From a virus (taxonomy: Duplodnaviria; Caudoviricetes), in the IMG/VR virus record IMGVR_UViG_3300027838_000002, positions 1 through 64,000 of that record: a stretch of DNA of 64,000 nucleotides, one strand, 5' to 3'. Every line of letters starts with the position of its first letter. Position 1 is the first letter of the stretch. The notes under the pieces were generated by a model, which saw only the letters and a program-made list of their open reading frames with translations, did not search any database and was not told where the DNA came from. The position numbers and the translations under genes are program-made. This document shows positions 56,835 through 64,000 of the stretch, one piece after another.

Positions 56835-59741
56835 GAACTCGTCGTCAGGAGGTACTTCGTTGTACCACCCTTCGGCTTCCGCTACGTCAAAATCACTCTG
56901 GGCGTTGTCGTCAGTTTCTTCCGTGGCCTCGTCGTCTGACTCATCGTCTTCCACGACGTCAAAGTTGTCCTCGCGTAGTCTGTCGTCGGGCATTGGGGCT
57001 CCTCCGTAATTTTTTGCTTTATGACGAGAATCGCGATCGCTGAGAATCTCGGTCCACCAGAGCTTGTCCACCCACCAGTGCTCGGCGTCGTCCCGAATAA
57101 GCACCCCTGCGCTGTGCATCTCCTGCGATAGCCGCACCATGTCTAATAACGGTATCTCGGGTACGGTGACAAGACTATTTATGCGTTTCTTGCTCACCCT
57201 GACGTGCTCACCTGATACCGCTATGGCTGGCGCGTGACTCTGTTCGAATTCTTCGTTGATCGTTGTCAGCTTACCTGACACCAATCCGTGGTACACCAGC
57301 TCTGCGAAGTAGTCTAGCGGGTCCGGCGCAGAGTCTAACAACGCCGCCGCTTGACGAAATACCGTGTCGTCATTGGTCAGGTCCCCGAACCATGCTGACA
57401 TATCCGCGAGCACCGACTCCACGTACGAGCCTGTGTACGTTAAACGAAAGCGGCGGGCCGCCAGGTGCTGTATGTACGCGGGTAAAATTGGCGCGCCCAC
57501 ACGTTGCAGCGTTCCGCCGACTGAAGGTGCACCATCTACATGGATCAGGTTCCAGCCACCGTTGATCATCAACGCCTGTGCGTGCTGCGGCAACAGATCA
57601 ACTATGGCGTTCTTTGCGTCAGGGTGCTGTAGCCAGTCTGCTAGCAGCTTGTTCTTGTACTTGTCACAGCGCAGGTATACCGGCCACTGGTGCCGTACAA
57701 TGGCTGCCGAATTTTTGGCAACAACTCTCTTGAAAGCCCCAAGCGCACTGACATCAGTGGTGATGCAGCCCAGGCTGGTGGCAGTAGCAGCCCCCAGCGA
57801 GGTAGCTGCAGCTCCTAGAAGTACCAACCCCCTGCGATCTTGATGGAGTACCTCTGCAAGCAGATTACTGGTGATGTGTGCTGCGGTCGCCCAGAATACT
57901 GCGGATGATTGACTGGACGCGCCCAGTGTTTTCAGCGTCTCGTGTGGAATATTCCCGGGGGCCTGTAGATCACGTGCCGGTGTCATTTCAGTCAGGGTAT
58001 ACCAGGCGTCTTGCTCTAAGACGTGTCCGCCAGGGTGTACCTCGAACCGTGGAAACACGAAGCGGTCGTCTACCCACCCAAACGACTCGATCCCTTTGTT
58101 CGATGTTGGTTCGTGGAAACCTTGTGCCAGTCCCAACAGGTGTTGCGACCAACGTGGCTGTATGTTGGGACGACCCATGCCGTGGCGGGCGAGCAGGTTG
58201 CGCAGCCAGGCGCCTGTTTTATTCTCCATAACGCTAGCCAGCTCAGCGAATTCAATAACCTGCTCGTCACGAGTGACGTTTCCGCGATACTCCGTTACGT
58301 TTTCGTCAGGGTAGTAAACTACGTTCTCCAGTCGAATGATCGTGTCGGATAAAATCTCGCCGGAAGCTAGCGTCCAGTGTCCGTCCTTTTCGAGAACGGT
58401 CTTACCGTTTATGGCTATGCTGCGGTGCTTTTCCTTACCCGCGGTCTTTATCTTCTGCAGCTTGTTACATATCGCTTCGCTGCACTGCTGCATAAACCGC
58501 GCCAACTCTACGTCTGACATGTTTAGGTACAGCAGCAGATTCTCACATTCAGCGAGCTCCATCTTTTCCAGCTCGGTTTCCAGCACGTCTTCCCAGGCCC
58601 GCGACTGCCGCACCATCCGCTCCAGCCACTCAACTGGACGACGCCTACTCACGTCGTCAGGAAGGGCACGCAGAGAGTCACTCACAGCAATGCGTCCCTT
58701 GGCGCACATAGCCTGTTGTATCAGCTCCGGACTTAATTCCGGTGCCCAAATGATGTAGTCGCGGTGGGCTGCATTCTTCCACACGTGCCTGTTCGAGATA
58801 CGCCCGTCTATGATTGACCCACATATCGGGAGAGGGGTGTTATTGTCCCGGAGGTGCCGCAGCTGTAGTTTCAACGCTGTGACCGGGTCGTTCAGTACGA
58901 AAGTTGTTGATCCAAACTTCTTGTGTTCGATCGTCAAGGTCTCGTACATAGAGAGCCCTGAATCCCATATCGGGGCCTGATCCTTGGTTTCGAACTGGTG
59001 CGAAACCACTGGAACACGTTTGAATACAAAGTCGTCCGGAGCCTCGGCATCCCTTCCGATAAACATGAACGCGTGGATCTTGCCGGGGGCCGTGTAGAAC
59101 GGGATGACAAGCACGTCGGCCCAATCCTTACCCTTGAATACACGGCCACGCCCAGCGTTGAGCGAGTCGCCTTTTTTGAGACGGTTTGTGCACATCGTGT
59201 GGTGCAGCGCCATGCGTACGTCGTTAGCGTGGCAGCCACCCAGGAACCTCCCGGCACGCTCAAACCAGGTGGACGTCGGAGTTGCCGCTCGTCCAACTAG
59301 TTTCTGGCACAGTTCTACCATCTGTTCGGTGTCCTGCAGCGGAAGGCGTTTTTGCGCGGACTCCCACATATCTTGCAGGCGCTGACGGTGCCGTATGTGC
59401 GCTTCCTCGTATTTTTCCACAGCGATGGGATCCAACACCTTCGAGATTACCGCGATCCCCTGATCACGCAATTTTCGAAAAACGTTGACGGGGTCTAACC
59501 CCCAGGCTTTTCCGGCCAATTCCACCGTATCGCCCGTAAACTGGCACGCGGAGCAGTAGTGCCATTCGCCACCTGATATACTATCCTTGTAGACACGAAG
59601 GCCCTGCTGTCGGCATAATGGGCAGCAACACACAGTTGGTAATACCTTTACCGGTATTTCCACGCCCAGTAAGGGCAGAACCTGGTCCCAGCTAATATGG
59701 TAGTTGAGACTGCAGACTCTCGTGCTTTTGGAGAATGACAT
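56832..59741 (-). CDS. large protein with primase-type Zn finger and DUF927-like segment
   Basis: CCCPLC..WHYCSACQFTGDTVEL; GIESFGWVDDRFVFP; no intact TOPRIM or Walker motifs seen. Confidence 0.55.
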   Translation of the reverse strand: MSFSKSTRVCSLNYHISWDQVLPLLGVEIPVKVLPTVCCCPLCRQQGLRVYKDSISGGEWHYCSACQFTGDTVELAGKAWGLDPVNVFRKLRDQGIAVISKVLDPIAVEKYEEAHIRHRQRLQDMWESAQKRLPLQDTEQMVELCQKLVGRAATPTSTWFERAGRFLGGCHANDVRMALHHTMCTNRLKKGDSLNAGRGRVFKGKDWADVLVIPFYTAPGKIHAFMFIGRDAEAPDDFVFKRVPVVSHQFETKDQAPIWDSGLSMYETLTIEHKKFGSTTFVLNDPVTALKLQLRHLRDNNTPLPICGSIIDGRISNRHVWKNAAHRDYIIWAPELSPELIQQAMCAKGRIAVSDSLRALPDDVSRRRPVEWLERMVRQSRAWEDVLETELEKMELAECENLLLYLNMSDVELARFMQQCSEAICNKLQKIKTAGKEKHRSIAINGKTVLEKDGHWTLASGEILSDTIIRLENVVYYPDENVTEYRGNVTRDEQVIEFAELASVMENKTGAWLRNLLARHGMGRPNIQPRWSQHLLGLAQGFHEPTSNKGIESFGWVDDRFVFPRFEVHPGGHVLEQDAWYTLTEMTPARDLQAPGNIPHETLKTLGASSQSSAVFWATAAHITSNLLAEVLHQDRRGLVLLGAAATSLGAATATSLGCITTDVSALGAFKRVVAKNSAAIVRHQWPVYLRCDKYKNKLLADWLQHPDAKNAIVDLLPQHAQALMINGGWNLIHVDGAPSVGGTLQRVGAPILPAYIQHLAARRFRLTYTGSYVESVLADMSAWFGDLTNDDTVFRQAAALLDSAPDPLDYFAELVYHGLVSGKLTTINEEFEQSHAPAIAVSGEHVRVSKKRINSLVTVPEIPLLDMVRLSQEMHSAGVLIRDDAEHWWVDKLWWTEILSDRDSRHKAKNYGGAPMPDDRLREDNFDVVEDDESDDEATEETDDNAQSDFDVAEAEGWYNEVPPDDEF

Positions 59742-60906
59742 GGACGTCGTGCTCGATCAAATCCAAGATACAACTGGCCGCGAGATCCATCGACTTACTT
59801 CACTTTACCCGCCTCCGGATTTCGTAAAAACTGCTTCTCATGATAACATCTGCGGCACATCTAAAGCATTGCCAGCCCATCTCTATGGCGATGCGATTAA
59901 GCGAACATACCCGTGCCACAACCCCGCGGCAACCTGGATGAGTGCAGCTTTCTTCGGTGACAAACAGGCTAGCTACAACCAAGACAACTCACAGCGTATC
60001 AAGAGTAACATTTTACGTTGCGCTATTTACTACGGTATTGGCGGGCAAGTCACCGCGCTCATGGACAAGATTGCGACTGACAGCAACGACACGATGGAAT
60101 CGCTGCCAGATTCTGATTTCGCCTGGGTGTGGTTACAAGACGACGGACGAAAAGAACGCCACCTGCCCCTGCGCAATGCGCATGAGATCAAAGCGGCAGC
60201 CGACTATCTTGTAAGCTATCGTGACGAATTTGTGTTCGACGATCGCCACAAAATGTCGGAAAAGATCATCAAGAAGGCGCACGCCCACGGCGTGACCGTG
60301 AACGAAGACGTGCTAAAGCAGGCTGGGCACGGCCACTGCTCCATCAAGGCGGCTGCCCGCTTTCTACGTGATCGCGCACGGATTATCAAGAACGCAGAGA
60401 TTGCCGACCAGCTGATCAAAACAGCTGTAGCGATTGAACAGTGTCCGGCCAACTCTCGTGAGCATATGTTGAAGCTCGCGAAAACAGTATCCGACATCGA
60501 CCAGGAATTTGGTATCCACCGTGACTACAGTGCGGCAGTACCAAGACCCGAGGATGCCTTGTTCGGAATTACCGAGATGACAATAAAAACCGCGCACTCC
60601 GCACACATTCCGATGACTAGTGGTGCCATCTACAAATTGGCCGATTTGGCCGGGGTCAAGCTGCAAGACGTGCGTGATTGGATGGGTAGCGAGCTTGCTG
60701 ACGAAGTCAGCGCTGGCGGGTTACTCGTTGATCAGGAAAAACTGGCTGAGATCTTGCCAACCCTGCCCCGCGAAGATGCTGAACTGTTTGAGCGCATGCT
60801 CAACAAGAACGGGATTAACCCGTTCGCGAAGGAGGCATCATCCGAAGAGCAGGGCTTGAGCAAGCAAGATCTGTTCAAGATCGCAGCTGGTTACGTCGAG
60901 AACTGA
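59740..60906 (+). CDS. hypothetical protein, possibly virion/head-associated
   Basis: GGAG SD; same strand as terL; recurring K-x-A motifs. Confidence 0.6.
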   Translation: MDVVLDQIQDTTGREIHRLTSLYPPPDFVKTASHDNICGTSKALPAHLYGDAIKRTYPCHNPAATWMSAAFFGDKQASYNQDNSQRIKSNILRCAIYYGIGGQVTALMDKIATDSNDTMESLPDSDFAWVWLQDDGRKERHLPLRNAHEIKAAADYLVSYRDEFVFDDRHKMSEKIIKKAHAHGVTVNEDVLKQAGHGHCSIKAAARFLRDRARIIKNAEIADQLIKTAVAIEQCPANSREHMLKLAKTVSDIDQEFGIHRDYSAAVPRPEDALFGITEMTIKTAHSAHIPMTSGAIYKLADLAGVKLQDVRDWMGSELADEVSAGGLLVDQEKLAEILPTLPREDAELFERMLNKNGINPFAKEASSEEQGLSKQDLFKIAAGYVEN

Positions 60907-61247
60907 GCAACAAGCTCGGCCATTTTCTCTTCTGGGACGACAGCTTTAAACTGAGGCTTCGTGTCGTCGTCACCACCGCAGTAGTGCACGGGGTCTCCGC
61001 ACTTTACTGCTTCGCAGAAGATCGGGTCGTTGTTTAGCGTCCCGATGCCTGCGTTCTCACCCCCGGCGATCACCTCAACCCACATCGACTCACCGCCGAC
61101 ATTTTGATCATTCTCCGCTACCGGAAAATTGATCACCTTGACGTATTCATCCCCATCTTCGGATCGGAGCCAGTACGGGGGTGCTCCCTTAGATTCAGCT
61201 GTTATCATTCTTGCCACCTTTCGATTTTCGTTCGAAGCGTTTGTCAA
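60891..61247 (-). CDS. DUF2314-like protein
   Basis: GESMWVEV..GTLNNDP. Confidence 0.5.
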   Translation of the reverse strand: MTNASNENRKVARMITAESKGAPPYWLRSEDGDEYVKVINFPVAENDQNVGGESMWVEVIAGGENAGIGTLNNDPIFCEAVKCGDPVHYCGGDDDTKPQFKAVVPEEKMAELVAQFST

Positions 61248-61572
61248 TCATTTGCTTAGCCGTATCAAACCCGCGTGCGCAGAGGTAGACGAGCACCACC
61301 GGCGACACCAACACAGCAGCTACCAGGGTGCCGATCATTACCACTACGAAAGAGACGAACGTAATCGACGCCTCCAGGTACGGCATAGCGCGACTGGTTG
61401 ACGTCTCGATTGCGCGTACATTGAGTTCATTTTGTTCGTGTAGTTTATTCGTGACATCAGTAACAACTTCTTCAGTCACGTCTCGGGCGTCTCCGACGAC
61501 AGTTCTGAAGGGGACGCTTTCGCTAAGGGTTTGACTTCCCATAAGTGTTCTCCGGTTTTGAATACTGCCCAT
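61195..61572 (-). CDS. hypothetical membrane protein
   Basis: long hydrophobic segment. Confidence 0.45.
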   Translation of the reverse strand: MGSIQNRRTLMGSQTLSESVPFRTVVGDARDVTEEVVTDVTNKLHEQNELNVRAIETSTSRAMPYLEASITFVSFVVVMIGTLVAAVLVSPVVLVYLCARGFDTAKQMIDKRFERKSKGGKNDNS

Positions 61573-61892
61573 TCTTTATTGGTCAGCGCCCTAAGTTCTC
61601 CGTCAGAGTAATCGTACTCTTGGTAGCGTTGGTATTGGACCCATTTGTCAGACTCTGGCGTCGTGTTGGTTTCCGTAGGAGTACACTCCCACACGTAGAT
61701 TCCAAATGTTGGCCAAGCATCACAACCACCTGGCCACGCATAGCTGCCGCCCATGTAATCGACGAAATCGTCGGCGCCAGAGCTAGCGTGCTCTTCTTCT
61801 ATGGCGGGGCCAGTGACCGCCAGGATCTGTGGCGTGTTCGGCCCAAACGCGACAAGGAAGCGATCTGTGCGCTTCCGTTTCTGCTTAGCCAT
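61476..61892 (-). CDS. hypothetical protein
   Basis: PTFGIYVWE..GELRALT..EW. Confidence 0.6.
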   Translation of the reverse strand: MAKQKRKRTDRFLVAFGPNTPQILAVTGPAIEEEHASSGADDFVDYMGGSYAWPGGCDAWPTFGIYVWECTPTETNTTPESDKWVQYQRYQEYDYSDGELRALTNKEWAVFKTGEHLWEVKPLAKASPSELSSETPET

Positions 61893-62148
61893 TGTCGAGA
61901 CTTACAGGCTCAGGTGCGTCGATCATGACCATAAAATTGTAGCTCCCGTCACCATCCGTCTTACTTCCAAAGAGCTCGCCAGGACCATTACCCTCTGCAT
62001 CTCGGCTGGGGTAGATCAGCGTACCATCGTCGAGCACGAACACGGGAACCGAGCCAAACTGCTGCGCGTCCCATCCTTCCGCCTCTAATTCTTCGTTACT
62101 CATCACGCGCGCCTCTACGATACGCCTTCCCACAAACTCAGTTGACAT
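61885..62148 (-). CDS. conserved phage hypothetical protein
   Basis: LDDGTLIYPSRDAEGNGPGELF. Confidence 0.7.
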   Translation of the reverse strand: MSTEFVGRRIVEARVMSNEELEAEGWDAQQFGSVPVFVLDDGTLIYPSRDAEGNGPGELFGSKTDGDGSYNFMVMIDAPEPVSLDNG

Positions 62149-62425
62149 AGTGTCTCTCGAATGAAATGTTGAACGTCGGTCCGATGTCCCGTGTATTTTT
62201 CCATATCCTTATGTTCGGGACACCGTTCAAAAAGTAAATCTCAATGGGAAACGCTTTCCCGTCTGATTCCTGCGGCCCATGACTGTAACCATCAAACCCT
62301 ATTTTCAAAGATGACGTGGACAGGCTGTCAATCAATACAGCTCCCACCGGCGCGCCATCAGGCTTCGTGGAATCAGGCATGGGCCGATGTGAACGCTTAA
62401 TTGTCAATTCTGTCTCGCTGTTCAT
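62138..62425 (-). CDS. hypothetical protein
   Basis: operon ORF. Confidence 0.55.
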   Translation of the reverse strand: MNSETELTIKRSHRPMPDSTKPDGAPVGAVLIDSLSTSSLKIGFDGYSHGPQESDGKAFPIEIYFLNGVPNIRIWKNTRDIGPTFNISFERHYVN

Positions 62426-62612
62426 CCTTGCAACCTTTTGATTTCAGAAAACAATTAGCGTTGTAGACTATGTCTTTCAGGAGGTCGTCGATTTCTTCGT
62501 GAATCGACTGTTTTCCTTTTAACCAGTCGTGCGCATCGTCCCTTATGGCCTCCAGCATATCCTCAGCTGTCGGCCGGTGGGACTTCGTCTTCTGAGGGCG
62601 ATCCTCCGTCAT
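62397..62612 (-). CDS. hypothetical protein
   Basis: GAGGAG SD. Confidence 0.55.
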   Translation of the reverse strand: MTEDRPQKTKSHRPTAEDMLEAIRDDAHDWLKGKQSIHEEIDDLLKDIVYNANCFLKSKGCKDEQRDRIDN

Positions 62613-62781
62613 CGTCCCGCTCCTCGATATCGAACTGCGCGCGTAATGCGTCCACTTGTTTGTGCGCTAATGCCGACGGCCGCCCATCAATCCATGACGA
62701 CAGATTAACAGCCAACGCAAGTGCACGGTCTCGCTGCTCAAGATAACTCTCTGCAGACAACTTACTCATATGTTGCCTCAT
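62563..62781 (-). CDS. hypothetical protein
   Basis: ORF after promoter. Confidence 0.5.
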   Translation of the reverse strand: MRQHMSKLSAESYLEQRDRALALAVNLSSWIDGRPSALAHKQVDALRAQFDIEERDDDGGSPSEDEVPPADS

Positions 62782-62806
62782 CTTTGACTGTCAAGAACGT
62801 CTGCAA

Positions 62807-62835
62807 TTTATACTGACTGGCCCCACGCGCAGCAA
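62807..62835 (-). promoter_or_regulatory. sigma70-type promoter
   Basis: TTGCTG-17 nt-TATAAA. Confidence 0.45.
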
Positions 62836-62843
62836 TAGCCCTG

Positions 62844-63047
62844 CTACTCAGTATCGATGCGGGAAAGCTCAACCAATTCGTCCGCCGCGTTTATGCGTGC
62901 CTGCACTTCACCCCTGTGGATAATCACGCTCTTGGGCGCTTCGACACCAAGACGGACGGCACCTTTATGGATCTCAAGAACGGTAATCACAACACGACCG
63001 CCGTCGATGACGATCGTTTCTTCCGGTTTCCGTGACATTACTAGCAT
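62844..63047 (-). CDS. csrA: CsrA/RsmA translational regulator (second copy)
   Basis: MLVMSRKPEETIVI..VRLGVEAPKSVIIHRGEV. Confidence 0.95.
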   Translation of the reverse strand: MLVMSRKPEETIVIDGGRVVITVLEIHKGAVRLGVEAPKSVIIHRGEVQARINAADELVELSRIDTE

Positions 63048-63056
63048 TTACGCTCC

Positions 63057-63329
63057 TCAGCCCTCCACTCGTTTTAAGATGTCCCACAGTTTGCATATCG
63101 CTGCACCCCCTGATCCGGAGTGCGCGAGCGCATCCCATTCGACTGGCGCTTCGTCTCTTGCCTTTCGCAGCAAGTTTAAGCAATCGCTTGCGAGCAAGGC
63201 ATCCATCGGTATATTCTTCTGCAATCCCAATGCATCAGCGACACGCGCTATCTCGCTGATGAGCTTGGGTACCGCTCCTCCGTAAAATTGCTGGCCCATG
63301 GCCGTCTGAAAAAACTCTGGTCCCGCCAT
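63057..63329 (-). CDS. hypothetical protein
   Basis: FFQTAMGQQFY..VPKLI; AGGAG SD. Confidence 0.65.
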   Translation of the reverse strand: MAGPEFFQTAMGQQFYGGAVPKLISEIARVADALGLQKNIPMDALLASDCLNLLRKARDEAPVEWDALAHSGSGGAAICKLWDILKRVEG

Positions 63330-63341
63330 CTGGTTCTCCTA

Positions 63342-63377
63342 AACAAATACCCCGACCTCCACGAAGGGAGGCCGGGG
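63342..63377 (-). terminator. intrinsic terminator
   Basis: CCCCGGCCTCCC-TTCG-TGGAGGTCGGGG-TATTTGTTT. Confidence 0.6.
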
Positions 63378-63420
63378 CGGCTACACGCAAGCCTGATGGT
63401 ACTCGTCGGGACTATGATTA
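63378..63420 (-). ncRNA. single TIGR-like unit
   Basis: TAATCA-TAGTCCCG-ACGAGTACCA-TCAGGCTT-GCGTGTAGCCG, followed by terminator. Confidence 0.7.
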
Positions 63421-63999
63421 GAACCGGATAGCTCGACTATACCTTCCGAACGCTTCCATCTGCGAAGCCTGATCCTCAGCCTGTTCACGCACGTTGCGCA
63501 TTGCCTCGGCCAGCCCATTATTCTCAGCCTCACTCATCACGCTCACATCTTCACGCCTTGCAACGCGTAGACTTTCCAGCGTGTCAGGGTTGCCGATTTG
63601 CTGTTCCAGCTCACGGATGCGGCGCTCCAGGGTGGCGTCACCCATAGATCCGAACACGCGCAGCTTCTCGATAGCCCGTTTAACCGGTTCCACCGAGTTG
63701 CTTTTCACCTGTCCGTCTCGTGACATTAACTCGTGAAGCACGTCCAGAGTACGTACCAGCTCGGCACGTGGCTCAGCCACAACAGATTCGGCAATAGCTT
63801 CAGACAATTCCTGCGTACGCTGCCGCGCCCGCTGACGCGTTGCGCTCACATTGACCTCTTCGGCCTCTTCGACACGCAGGTTTAGCGGAAGCACAGTAAA
63901 CTCAACCGCGGTGTGCCGCAGCATGTGTTCCCTCGACGGGATATGCCTCGCCGCTTCACGATACGCATCAGTATCGCCCAGTTGCTCACTGATCGCTTC
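63418..63999 (-). CDS. DUF3150-like protein (5' part beyond window)
   Basis: frame open to window end; IPSREHM..FTVLP; GDATLERRI. Confidence 0.45.
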   Translation of the reverse strand, partial: EAISEQLGDTDAYREAARHIPSREHMLRHTAVEFTVLPLNLRVEEAEEVNVSATRQRARQRTQELSEAIAESVVAEPRAELVRTLDVLHELMSRDGQVKSNSVEPVKRAIEKLRVFGSMGDATLERRIRELEQQIGNPDTLESLRVARREDVSVMSEAENNGLAEAMRNVREQAEDQASQMEAFGRYSRAIRF

Positions 64000-64000
64000 G

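Noticed and set aside
55509-57043. ORFs over the arrays (MVLA/LVAR/WLHA/WYS/GCT-rich; also at 8737-9244 and 44953-45400)
   Set aside because: Translation artefacts of a 37-nt (non-triplet) repeat.
1-64000. tRNA/rRNA genes, introns/inteins, genome-wide stop-codon recoding
   Set aside because: None recognised; core genes are intact in the standard code and all three stop codons are used.

Overview
Segment of a large (jumbo-type) dsDNA bacteriophage genome with almost all genes on the minus strand. A planctomycete-like host is a weak inference from the cold-shock and CsrA proteins. The window holds a full replication/recombination module (UDG-fused PolA, DnaG, DnaB, UvsW-like helicase, SbcCD, RecA, RuvC, DnaQ exonuclease, RNase H). 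It also has widely separated morphogenesis genes (portal-like at 2-4 kb, TerL at 53.6-55.5 kb), glycosylation genes (GT-B, GT-D, GT2, HldE) and two CsrA homologs plus a Csp. The most striking signal is an RNA-guided TIGR-Tas-like system. A nuclease-less Nop-domain protein (41456..42742) comes with about 42 dual-repeat/dual-spacer units of 37 nt (RNA strand GCGUGCAACCA-N8-GCGAGUACCA-N8) scattered over 9 loci. Almost every array starts on the stop codon of the upstream gene, and some arrays enclose cargo genes. Separately, a stand-alone Cas7/RAMP-like gene, a second divergent Nop/IS110-like gene and a candidate small RNA sit together inside the replication operon. All protein calls come from motif recognition by eye; no database search was run.
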